NCBI GenBank assembly: GCA_033762035.1
Contig: JANRMA010000116.1
Coordinates: forward strand, 1 to 28,040
Direction of reading: 5' to 3'
DNA: 28,040 nt
DNA from: Rickettsiaceae bacterium
Lineage (GTDB): Bacteria > Pseudomonadota > Alphaproteobacteria > Rickettsiales > Rickettsiaceae
Numbering within the stretch: the stretch's first letter is position 1; every line of letters starts with the position of its first letter. Below are positions 7,437 to 16,752 of this stretch, in pieces. The notes under the pieces are model-generated. The model was not told where the DNA came from, did not search any database, and worked only from the letters and a program-made list of their open reading frames with translations. Both the position numbers and the translations under genes were made by a program.

Positions 7437-9416
7437 TTGAGTCAAAATAGTAATTTCTCTGATAGTAATTTCTTAGATCAAGAGGTAAATAATTTAAGTT
7501 TTTGGTACATTATATCTTTCTTATTCGGAATATTGTATTTTTTCTACTTTTTACAGGATTTAAATTATAATTTTGCTAAGGATAGATTATTTTATTTTGC
7601 CATTATAGTATCTATAGTCTTGCTATATATAATATGGCGCATCGGCTTTAATACATTCAATTTGTTTTCATTTATTTTAAGACTAGCTCTATTTTTTTTA
7701 ATAGGATATCTATGTATATCTCTTAGATGCAATGCAAATTTTGAATCTCTTGATCATGACTTAAAAAACTGCTTGATAGAGGGCAAAATAATCAAAATCA
7801 AACCCACACCTTTTGGCGCCCAAGTTACATTACAAAACGTTAAATTACATAGTAGCTTTGATATGAGCAATATTAAATGCACATATAAAATACTTCCATT
7901 TAATGTTAGGGTAAATTTGAACAGAAAATATAGCAAAAATCTTCTTCACGGGGATGTAATTGCTTTAAAAGTAGATTTACTATGCCTGCCGGAAGAAATA
8001 GTCCCCGGCGGTTATAATTTCCGCAAAATTGCGTTTTTTTCTAATATAGGCGCTATTGCTAAGGCTAAATCTTATCCAAAAGTTATTACAAAGCAAGTGA
8101 GTTTTTATAGCATTCAGACTATAAGAAAAAAAATATTTAACTATCTTTTGGAAAACCTTGGGTATAAAAATGGCAATTTTGCTGCGGCGCTTTTTTTAGG
8201 GGAGGCGGGCGGTATAGACAAAACCATTTTAAATAATATGAGATATGCAGGAATATCTCATATATTATGCGTTTCTGGACTGCACCTTTCTTTGGTCGCT
8301 TCATTAGTATTTTTTAGCTCTAGAATATTCTTAAATTGTTTTGATTATATAAATTTTAATTTTGATATAAAAAAAATTTCTGCTTTTATATCTATTTTTG
8401 TTAGTTTTTTGTATCTTATATTAACCGGCGTCCAGATAGCAGCTTCAAGAGCATTTATTATGGTATTTTTTGTAATGATGACAATCATTTTAGATAGGCA
8501 TTCGCATCCATTAAGATCAATTTCTCTTGCTTGTTTTGCTATGTTATTAATAAATCCGGAATATGCTATATTGCCTAGTTTTCAGCTCTCATTTATAGCA
8601 GTACTCTCCTTGCTTGCAGGATATGAATATTACTCAAAATTTATCACTTCTCGCAAGGGCAGCATTTTTTATAATATTAAAATCTATTTATACTCGAATA
8701 TTTATTCATCGTTAATTGCAAGTAGTGCAACAAGCCCATTAGTTATGTATCATTTTTACATATATTCTAATTATTCACTTGCGGCTAACCTTGTAGCCGT
8801 ACCTCTAACTTCTTTTGTTATAATGCCATGTGCGGTGCTTGCTATTTTATTATACCCTATATATTTAGATTTTATTCCTACATATTTTATAAGCTTGTCT
8901 ATAGATATTATAAATTATGCAGCATCTGTTACTACAAATCTTCCCTTTTCCGTAATTTATACTGGATATGTTAGTAATATAGCTATTTTGAGCTTTATAT
9001 TAGGATTTTTTTGGCTATGTCTTTTTCGGAGTAATATAAGATTTTACGGTATTATTGGACCAATAATTTTTATTATTATTTTTTATACAGGACAGGGGCC
9101 TGATATACTTATTAATAAACGAGCTAATTTCGTAGCAGAAAAAAGAAGTGGCAAAGTTATTATTTACTCAGAGTATCTTTCGCCTTTTGCAAAAAATTTT
9201 ATTGCTAATTGGTTTGGGTGTAGAGAGTCTATTTTTGTAAAAAAAAATATGAAGCAGCCATTAAATTTATTTTACGAAACTACAGATCAAAATATTGAAA
9301 TTAATTTAGATAAATCTTTAGTAAAAATACATAATAGTCCTTATGAGCCTATCGCAGACATGTCCGTAATTTATTTTGCTAACCAAAATAAACCAATAAT
9401 AGAAAAAATAAAGTAA
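7437..9416 (+). CDS. comEC: ComEC/Rec2 competence membrane channel protein (no recognisable C-terminal metallo-beta-lactamase domain)
   Basis: 659 aa with a TTG start (exact start uncertain). GISHILCVSGLHL, SRAFIM, SFQLSFIAV and ANLVAVPL are Competence-domain motifs, and there are multiple TM segments. Confidence 0.85.
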   Translation: MSQNSNFSDSNFLDQEVNNLSFWYIISFLFGILYFFYFLQDLNYNFAKDRLFYFAIIVSIVLLYIIWRIGFNTFNLFSFILRLALFFLIGYLCISLRCNANFESLDHDLKNCLIEGKIIKIKPTPFGAQVTLQNVKLHSSFDMSNIKCTYKILPFNVRVNLNRKYSKNLLHGDVIALKVDLLCLPEEIVPGGYNFRKIAFFSNIGAIAKAKSYPKVITKQVSFYSIQTIRKKIFNYLLENLGYKNGNFAAALFLGEAGGIDKTILNNMRYAGISHILCVSGLHLSLVASLVFFSSRIFLNCFDYINFNFDIKKISAFISIFVSFLYLILTGVQIAASRAFIMVFFVMMTIILDRHSHPLRSISLACFAMLLINPEYAILPSFQLSFIAVLSLLAGYEYYSKFITSRKGSIFYNIKIYLYSNIYSSLIASSATSPLVMYHFYIYSNYSLAANLVAVPLTSFVIMPCAVLAILLYPIYLDFIPTYFISLSIDIINYAASVTTNLPFSVIYTGYVSNIAILSFILGFFWLCLFRSNIRFYGIIGPIIFIIIFYTGQGPDILINKRANFVAEKRSGKVIIYSEYLSPFAKNFIANWFGCRESIFVKKNMKQPLNLFYETTDQNIEINLDKSLVKIHNSPYEPIADMSVIYFANQNKPIIEKIK

Positions 9417-9483
9417 ATTTAATGATCTAATCTATTTAATGATAATTATTATATAATTTATTATTTAGCTAACTTATATCTTA

Positions 9484-9512
9484 TTGACACGAAGGCTCAG
9501 ATGCTTTATAAC
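9484..9512 (+). promoter_or_regulatory. Putative sigma70 promoter of the tlc-hyp-ispB-ppdK operon
   Basis: TTGACA-N17-TATAAC, 22 bp upstream of the ATG. Confidence 0.55.
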
Positions 9513-9534
9513 TATTTAAGCTGTTTGTTTATTT

Positions 9535-11034
9535 ATGACTATTAGCTTGCATCCTAAATTTTTACATAGAATTCGTGAGTTTATCTGGCCTATCAAGCGC
9601 CAGGAGTGCCACTTCTTTATCCCTATGGCATTAATAATGACTTGTGCTTTATATAATTTTGCATGTCTGAGAGCGGTAAAAGATAGTTTAATTGTATCTA
9701 ACGTAGGGGCAGAAAGCATTAGTTTCCTTAAATTATGGTTTGTTCTTCCAGCTGCTATAATCTTTACTTTATTTTACTTAAATTTAAGTAATAAATATAC
9801 AATTGACAAAGTATTTTACATTATTACAACCGGCTTTTTACTTTTTTTCCTAGTTTTTACATTATACATATTACCTAATAAAAACTTACTTCATCCGCCT
9901 ACGGAAAATATAGAAAAATTAGTGGCATATTATCCTAACTTTAAATGGTTTTTGAAAATAGCGGGACATTGGACTTTTGCTATTATGTATATATTGTCTG
10001 AACTTTGGAGCGTAGTTGTAATTAACCTAATGTTTTGGCAATTTGCAAATAATGTAGTAGATGCATCTAAAGCAAAAAGATTTTATCCAATATTTGGCGT
10101 TGTAGGCAATTTTGGGCTCATTATAGCTGGCAATAATTTGATATATTTTGCAAAAGTTGAAGAGGCGCCAACTTTTCTTAGTGGACTAGGTTTATATGCT
10201 TTGCAATTCAATGAGGATATAGGAATCAAATTAGCTATTTTATCAGTGATATTTTCTGGGGTATTAATGCTGCTTTTAATGCTATATCTAAATATAACGG
10301 TATTAAAAGATACAAATATTGACAATAAAATCACCAAAATTAAAACAAAATTATCGCTTGCTGATAGTTTAAAATTAGTGCTGAGTTCATCTTATGTAGG
10401 ATATATTACTGCATTAATTATATGTTATGGGCTTGCGATAAATATTTTAGAAGGCCCATGGAAAGCAAGTATAAAAGAATATTATAAAACCCAGGAGGAT
10501 TATATGGCTTTTATGGGTGTATTTAACGTTTTTATGGGGATTTCTTGCGTATTATTTATGATTATAGGCAGTAACATACTAAGAATTTTCAGCTGGACAA
10601 CTTCTGCTCTTTTTACTCCGGTTGTAATAGGGATTACAGGAGTTGCTTTTTTTATTTTTGTAATAATATCCAGATTAGGTAGTGATTTTTTATGGTTCCA
10701 TCCTCTTTTCGGAGCTATTTTAGCAGGAGCAATCCAAAATATTCTTAGCAAATCCAGTAAATATTCTTTATTTGACTCTACTAAAGAAATGGCATATATA
10801 CCGCTTCCGCCCGAGCTAAAAACTAAAGGCAAAGCTGCTGCAGAGGTTATAGGAGCAAAATTTGGCAAGTCCGTTGGCGCGGTTATACAATCTTTTATGT
10901 TTACTTTTTTGCCTAATTGCAATTTTTATGATCTTACCCCTGTACTTTTATCAATTTTTTTGTTAGTGATTATGTTTTGGTATTATAATGTAATGAAGCT
11001 CGCAAAAGATTATGAAGAAATCGCGTCAAAGTAA
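9535..11034 (+). CDS. tlc3: TLC/NTT-family nucleotide translocase, resembling the Rickettsia Tlc3 paralogue
   Basis: 499 aa with about 12 TM segments. LRAVKDSL, ELWSVVVINLMFWQFAN, AKRFYPIFG and KSSKYSLFDSTKEMAYIPL are present. The paralogue call rests on recalled similarity and tlc-hyp-ispB synteny; the family call is firmer. Confidence 0.85.
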   Translation: MTISLHPKFLHRIREFIWPIKRQECHFFIPMALIMTCALYNFACLRAVKDSLIVSNVGAESISFLKLWFVLPAAIIFTLFYLNLSNKYTIDKVFYIITTGFLLFFLVFTLYILPNKNLLHPPTENIEKLVAYYPNFKWFLKIAGHWTFAIMYILSELWSVVVINLMFWQFANNVVDASKAKRFYPIFGVVGNFGLIIAGNNLIYFAKVEEAPTFLSGLGLYALQFNEDIGIKLAILSVIFSGVLMLLLMLYLNITVLKDTNIDNKITKIKTKLSLADSLKLVLSSSYVGYITALIICYGLAINILEGPWKASIKEYYKTQEDYMAFMGVFNVFMGISCVLFMIIGSNILRIFSWTTSALFTPVVIGITGVAFFIFVIISRLGSDFLWFHPLFGAILAGAIQNILSKSSKYSLFDSTKEMAYIPLPPELKTKGKAAAEVIGAKFGKSVGAVIQSFMFTFLPNCNFYDLTPVLLSIFLLVIMFWYYNVMKLAKDYEEIASK

Positions 11035-12649
11035 AAAATCTCTGTTCCAAATTTTATTGAAGCTCGGAATTTCCGTCACTTTTCTTTGTGTAGTATTTTA
11101 CCTAATATCAATGTTTTTGATTCACCTTTTTTGGCTTTCTGTTAAAGATAGACTTCTAGAAAGTCATGAAAATAAAATTAAAATTTCAGACCGTAGCTTT
11201 TTAACATTCGAAAATGTAAATTACGAAGTTTCTGTTAGTAAAATAGGCATTAGAATTCTAGGACTCAAGCAACATAACAAGAAAAATGCAATTGTTGAAT
11301 TTAAGGACCCATTATTCATAGGATTTAATCCATGGAATTTTTCAATATTTTCGGCATATAAAGGTTCTGGCGATATTACACAAGATAATAAAAATTATAA
11401 TTTTGACGCAAACGTAGAGTATGAAGTTTTAACAAAGCTTGATTTTGTGATAATGAAGAAAATTCTTGCAAATCCTATAAATATTATTCACTATTTCAAG
11501 GCTATAAATTTGATATTTAATAAAGTCTCTGTCAAAGAGGGTGCTAAGAATATATTAGATGTATATAATACAAAATATACTTTTATTCCTAAAAGAATGC
11601 CCGAATATAAGTCTTTAACTGAAATTATAGATAATTTGCCCCCAGCCTTTATTTTAGACGCTAAATTAGATATTAAGAAGCTTAACAAAGCATTTTCTCC
11701 TCCTATAAGCTTTATCCATCTATTTCAATATCCTGAATCTTTAAGCGGACACGTTATTCTTGATATAGATTCAGATTATAAATCCTTGTCTATAAAAGAT
11801 ATTTTATCAAAAGCTAAAATAAGCATTAAAATGAATGATATTAAATCTGATTTAGTAGATTTTAACTCGGAAATTAAGATTGATAATACTCAAGATACTA
11901 TTAAATCTTATGTATCATTTATGTTTGTTCCCCATGTTGGATTTGAGGATAGAATTATATCTCTTATACTCTCTTCAAAGAAATTAGAATATTTCAAGAA
12001 TTTAATAGTATATAAAGAGGTATTGGACACAGTAAAAAAACAATCCCCGCCTATAGAGTTGATGAAAAAATATAGATTCAAGTTTAATACTTCATATGTA
12101 AATAAGGGCAATAAAATTACAGTCGACATACATGAATTAAATGCTTTTACAGAAAATAATGTTGGATTTGGCCTTAAAGGAAGCTGCATAATGAAGGATT
12201 TAAATATAAAATTTACTGCCGATGCGCTGATTTTTCGAGCAAAAGACGTTGTTTCGTATTGGGTGCATTATTTGATTCCGCCTAATAAAAAAATCGATAT
12301 CGGAATTGTCCCTAAAATTAATAGTTTTAATGAAGAATTATATTTCAAATTTTTGAAGAATATTTCAGATTTTCCCGAGTCTAATTCTAAGGATTTATCT
12401 TTAAAAATTAATTTTAAAAATGGCAATCTTAATTTATCTGGTAACGATTATGCTAGCATGATACAAAAATTTATCACTTTAAAAACCAGTATGGTAAGTA
12501 AAGCAGTTTTAGAGCAAGAAAAGCCGGTAGAATTTATTTTAGAAGTAGCGCCAGAATTAGAATATCTAACTAAGGAACTATTTAAAAAAGATTCTGGCAA
12601 AAATCAAAAGACAATAGGTAAGAGTTTGTGGCAGAGATTGATACATTAG
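11012..12649 (+). CDS. Hypothetical protein with N-terminal membrane anchor
   Basis: 545-aa ORF that overlaps both neighbours (by 23 and 22 bp). A single hydrophobic segment near the N-terminus is followed by a hydrophilic, probably beta-rich region. Confidence 0.8.
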   Translation: MKKSRQSKKSLFQILLKLGISVTFLCVVFYLISMFLIHLFWLSVKDRLLESHENKIKISDRSFLTFENVNYEVSVSKIGIRILGLKQHNKKNAIVEFKDPLFIGFNPWNFSIFSAYKGSGDITQDNKNYNFDANVEYEVLTKLDFVIMKKILANPINIIHYFKAINLIFNKVSVKEGAKNILDVYNTKYTFIPKRMPEYKSLTEIIDNLPPAFILDAKLDIKKLNKAFSPPISFIHLFQYPESLSGHVILDIDSDYKSLSIKDILSKAKISIKMNDIKSDLVDFNSEIKIDNTQDTIKSYVSFMFVPHVGFEDRIISLILSSKKLEYFKNLIVYKEVLDTVKKQSPPIELMKKYRFKFNTSYVNKGNKITVDIHELNAFTENNVGFGLKGSCIMKDLNIKFTADALIFRAKDVVSYWVHYLIPPNKKIDIGIVPKINSFNEELYFKFLKNISDFPESNSKDLSLKINFKNGNLNLSGNDYASMIQKFITLKTSMVSKAVLEQEKPVEFILEVAPELEYLTKELFKKDSGKNQKTIGKSLWQRLIH

Positions 12650-13674
12650 AAAAAGAAGAGAAAGTAGTAAACAGAATACCCGATTTAATAAAGAACCTAC
12701 ATTTTAAATATGTAGATGAAATTAGCGAAATAAATAATCTAATAGCCTCCCTTATTGAGTCTGATGAGCAAATTATAACAGAAGCATCTTTGCATATAAT
12801 AAATTCTGGAGGTAAGCGCATAAGGCCTATACTTACTCTTTTATGTGCAGAGCTGTTTAATATAGATACAGCCTCACAAAAACATGTGCTCTTAGCAGCT
12901 GCGACGGAATTTATACATACTGCTACCTTACTTCATGATGATGTTGTAGATGCTAGTTTGTTGCGTAGATTTAATCCGACAGTAAATTCTATATGGGGAA
13001 ACCAGGAGGCAATACTAGTTGGCGATTTTTTGTTTAGCGCATCGTTTAAATTAATGGTACGTGCTCAATCTTTTGAAGCTCTTGAAACTCTTGCTGAATC
13101 TTCTCGTGTTATTGCAAAAGGTGAGGTTGCTCAGCTAAGCACAAAGAAGCAAAAAATATTTATTGATGAAAAAATATATTTCGATATTATCACTTCCAAA
13201 ACGGCTGAGCTTTTCGGAGCTGCGTGCAAAGTTGGTGGTATTATAGCCGGCGCAAATCCTTATCAGCAGGAATTACTTTATAAATTTGGCTTATCTATAG
13301 GAATTATTTACCAAATAAAAGATGATATGATGGATTATTATTCAAATACAGCTGAGATTGGCAAGAATATAGGAGATGATTTTTACGAATCCAAAATTAC
13401 CTTACCGCTAATTTATTTGAGGAATATAGTATCGGAGTTAGATAGAAAATATATTGAATCGGTGATGATTAATAATGATTCGAAATCCGAAGTAGAACTT
13501 AATAAAATTATTGGCTTAATGGAGAAATATAATATTAAAAAATTGCTTGAAGAAACAATAGAAAAAATGCACCAAGAATCTTTAGTCTATTTAGATAAAT
13601 TAGAAAGTATAAACCTTGATGCTAAATCCTACCTAAGAGATTTGGCTAGTTTTGTAAGTATAAGATTATATTAA
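12628..13674 (+). CDS. ispB: Polyprenyl (octaprenyl-type) diphosphate synthase
   Basis: 348 aa. GGKRIRP, FARM LLHDDVVD, KTAELF and SARM IKDDMMD are present. Confidence 0.9.
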   Translation: MAEIDTLEKEEKVVNRIPDLIKNLHFKYVDEISEINNLIASLIESDEQIITEASLHIINSGGKRIRPILTLLCAELFNIDTASQKHVLLAAATEFIHTATLLHDDVVDASLLRRFNPTVNSIWGNQEAILVGDFLFSASFKLMVRAQSFEALETLAESSRVIAKGEVAQLSTKKQKIFIDEKIYFDIITSKTAELFGAACKVGGIIAGANPYQQELLYKFGLSIGIIYQIKDDMMDYYSNTAEIGKNIGDDFYESKITLPLIYLRNIVSELDRKYIESVMINNDSKSEVELNKIIGLMEKYNIKKLLEETIEKMHQESLVYLDKLESINLDAKSYLRDLASFVSIRLY

Positions 13675-13675
13675 A

Positions 13676-16327
13676 ATGAATAAATATATATATAATTTTG
13701 AAGATCCATTAGAACTACCTCCGCTAGAAGGCAAGTTTTTGCTTGGAACTAAGGGCTATAACCTTGCTACTATGACAAAATTAGGATTTCCAGTGCCAGG
13801 TGGTTTTACTATTACAAAAGAAGTTGGCAATAGATATTTTAAAGAAAATTTTGATGTATATGGTTTTTTAGAAAAAGATCTATTATCTCAGATTGCAAAG
13901 CTTGAGATGCAATATTCCAAGAAATTCGGCGATCCGACCTCTCCTTTGTTGCTTTCTGTTAGATCTGGTGCTGCTGTTTCTATGCCAGGTATGATGGATA
14001 CTATACTGAATCTCGGATTAAATGATGAAATAGTAAAAGGTTTTGCTGCAAAAACTAACCCAGCATTTGCATATGACTGCTACATTAAATTTATAGAGAT
14101 TTTTACAAATGTTGTCCTAGGTCTTAATTCAAGTATACTGCAGATTGCAAAAAAAGAACTTTGCTGCTCTTTGCGAGATGCTGAAAAAATTGAAGATATA
14201 GAGCTAGCGCTTAGCATAATAGAAAAATATAAAAAGTTAATCAAAGCACATTCTTTAGAATTTCCAGAATGTCCGCACAAACAACTTGATCTTGCGATAA
14301 AAGCCGTAATTAATTCTTGGGATAGCCAAAGAGCTAAGATTTATAGAAAACTTAATAACGTAGATCATAATATAGGAACCGGAGTTACTATTCAGGTAAT
14401 GGTTTTTGGTAATTTTGATGAAAATTCAGGAACAGGGGTACTTTTTACTAGGAATCCTGTTAATGGGGAAAATGAAATTTATGGTGAATATTTAGATAAT
14501 GCTCAAGGCGAAGATATAGTTTCAGGCAAAAGAACTCCTTACCCTATTTGTAATAATGAAAATTCTCTAGAGCAGAGAATGCCAGAGCAGTTTGAAGAAT
14601 TACAAGTTTTGTGCAAAAAATTGGAAGAATATTATGGAGATATGCAAGATGTGGAATTTACCATCGAATCTAGAAAATTATATATTCTTCAGACAAGGTC
14701 CGGCAAGAGAACTATAGCTTCTGCCGTAAAGATTGCCTTTGATATGGCATCCTCCCTCATTATATCAAAAGAAGAAGCTTTACTAAGGCTTGATGCTACA
14801 AAGATTGACCCGTTGCTACACCCGTGCCTACCTAAAAATATACCAGAAGAGCCTATAGCATCTGGCCTTCCGGCTTCTCCCGGGGCCGCTACTGGCAAAA
14901 TTGTATTTACCTCCGAGGCTGCAGAAATTTTTTCTAAACATCATGATGTAATATTATTCAGACAAGAAACTTGTCCCAAAGATATACAAGGTATGGCTAT
15001 TGCAAAAGCCATAGTAACTGCTAGGGGAGGACTTACATCTCATGCTGCTGTTGTGGCAAGAGGCATGGCAAAGCCATGTATATCTGGTGTAAGTAATTTG
15101 CATATAGATTTTGCAAATAATAAAGCCCAAGTAGGGGATGTAGTTTTAAATGAATTTGATGAAATAACCGTTGATGGATCTACTGGCAAAATATATAAGG
15201 GCTTGTTACAAGTAGAGCAAACTCAGATATCAAAAGAATTTGGCTCCATATTAGACTGGGCCGATGAAATTAAGACAATGAATATTAGAGCTAATGCTGA
15301 AACAATTCAAGATACAGAGATGGCGTTATTCTTTAAAGCAGAAGGGATTGGCTTATGTAGAACCGAGCATATGTTTTTTGAGCCAGAAAAATTAAGCCTA
15401 TTTAGGCAAATTATTATATCAGAGGAAGGTGAGGCGCAAGAGCAAGCTCTAGGTCTAATAGAGCAGCTTCATATGCAAGATTTCTTGTCCTTGTTTAGAA
15501 AGCTAAATGGAAAGCCTATTAATATAAGATTATTAGATCCCCCTTTACATGAATTTTTACCCAAAGACGAAAATGAGATAAATACACTCGCTGGCCAAAT
15601 GGGTATGAATTATTTAGACATAAATCGTAAATTAGATGAAATGAGCGAAATTAACCCCATGCTTGGCCATAGGGGTAGTAGACTTGGAATAACGCATCCT
15701 GCAATCTACGAAATGCAAGTAAGGGCAATATTTTTTGCAGCTATCGCGGCAAAGTCCGAAACTATACCTGTAAATATAGAAATAATGCTGCCATTGATCT
15801 CAAATATTAAAGAGTTATTAATACTCAAAGATTTGATACAAAAAGTTGCCCAGGAAATTATGATATCGAAAAATGACGTTATAGAGTATAAAATAGGTAC
15901 AATGATAGAAATACCTAGGGCGGCATTAATCGCAGATGTAATAGCAAAAGAAGTAGATTATTTTAGTTTTGGAACTAACGATTTAACCCAGACAATATAT
16001 GGAATTTCGAGAGATGATCTTGCAAATTTTATGCCTTCTTACATAAATGCTGGTATTTTTGAACAAGATCCATTTAAAACAATTGATAAAGAAGGTGTTG
16101 GGCAGGTTATTATTAATACTATGGAACTTGGGCGCAGTGCAAATAAATACTTAAAATACGGCGTGTGCGGCGAACACGGCGGAGATCCTGAATCGATAAA
16201 ATTTTTTAATGATCTAGATATGGATTACGTATCATGCTCTCCTTTTAGGATACCTGCTGCAAAAATAGCAGCAGCGCAGGCAGCAATAGAGGCAAAAGGT
16301 GATAATAAAAGTAATACTAGTATTTGA
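13676..16327 (+). CDS. ppdK: Pyruvate, phosphate dikinase
   Basis: 883 aa. LLSVRSGAAVSMPGMMDTILNLG, phospho-His motif GGLTSHAAVVARG, GIGLCRTEHMF, FSFGTNDLTQ and GVCGEHGGDP are present. Confidence 0.96.
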   Translation: MNKYIYNFEDPLELPPLEGKFLLGTKGYNLATMTKLGFPVPGGFTITKEVGNRYFKENFDVYGFLEKDLLSQIAKLEMQYSKKFGDPTSPLLLSVRSGAAVSMPGMMDTILNLGLNDEIVKGFAAKTNPAFAYDCYIKFIEIFTNVVLGLNSSILQIAKKELCCSLRDAEKIEDIELALSIIEKYKKLIKAHSLEFPECPHKQLDLAIKAVINSWDSQRAKIYRKLNNVDHNIGTGVTIQVMVFGNFDENSGTGVLFTRNPVNGENEIYGEYLDNAQGEDIVSGKRTPYPICNNENSLEQRMPEQFEELQVLCKKLEEYYGDMQDVEFTIESRKLYILQTRSGKRTIASAVKIAFDMASSLIISKEEALLRLDATKIDPLLHPCLPKNIPEEPIASGLPASPGAATGKIVFTSEAAEIFSKHHDVILFRQETCPKDIQGMAIAKAIVTARGGLTSHAAVVARGMAKPCISGVSNLHIDFANNKAQVGDVVLNEFDEITVDGSTGKIYKGLLQVEQTQISKEFGSILDWADEIKTMNIRANAETIQDTEMALFFKAEGIGLCRTEHMFFEPEKLSLFRQIIISEEGEAQEQALGLIEQLHMQDFLSLFRKLNGKPINIRLLDPPLHEFLPKDENEINTLAGQMGMNYLDINRKLDEMSEINPMLGHRGSRLGITHPAIYEMQVRAIFFAAIAAKSETIPVNIEIMLPLISNIKELLILKDLIQKVAQEIMISKNDVIEYKIGTMIEIPRAALIADVIAKEVDYFSFGTNDLTQTIYGISRDDLANFMPSYINAGIFEQDPFKTIDKEGVGQVIINTMELGRSANKYLKYGVCGEHGGDPESIKFFNDLDMDYVSCSPFRIPAAKIAAAQAAIEAKGDNKSNTSI

Positions 16328-16338
16328 TTAAGAATTTA

Positions 16339-16698
16339 TTACTCTCCTATACCACCTACAGTTGTTTCGTATCTACATACGCCGTCTCCACCTATGATGA
16401 CCTTTATAATCTTATTATTTTCGTAGTATTTTGATATTGTTTCTTTGTTTACATCTATTCCGTTTTCAATTAATACCCTTGCAATTTTTTCTATTAATTC
16501 TGGTTTAGATGAATGTGCTTTTATAGGCGCTAATATCTCTAATAACTTTTGCTCTAGTGGTTTATTCGAAATAGCTTGATCTTGATCTTGAGCTTCGTTT
16601 TCATGAGAATGACTTATAATATTTGGCTCATTATCTGGTTCCGGATTAATCTCTAGAGTTCCATTGGTGTTCTCGTGTTCTACTGTTGATTCAAACAT
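16339..16698 (-). CDS. Small orphan protein with an acidic leader and one half-ankyrin-like motif
   Basis: 119-aa ORF with an AGGAGG SD at 16707-16712 (8 nt spacing) and an upstream promoter. It contains IARVLIENGIDVN. Confidence 0.75.
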   Translation of the reverse strand: MFESTVEHENTNGTLEINPEPDNEPNIISHSHENEAQDQDQAISNKPLEQKLLEILAPIKAHSSKPELIEKIARVLIENGIDVNKETISKYYENNKIIKVIIGGDGVCRYETTVGGIGE

Positions 16699-16723
16699 AA
16701 ATTTAACCTCCTAAATTTTATGC

Positions 16724-16752
16724 ATTGTAACATAAATCTTTAGAATATGCAA
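16724..16752 (-). promoter_or_regulatory. Putative strong sigma70 promoter of the 119-aa orphan
   Basis: The minus strand reads TTGCAT-N17-TACAAT with a TG extended -10 element. Confidence 0.55.
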
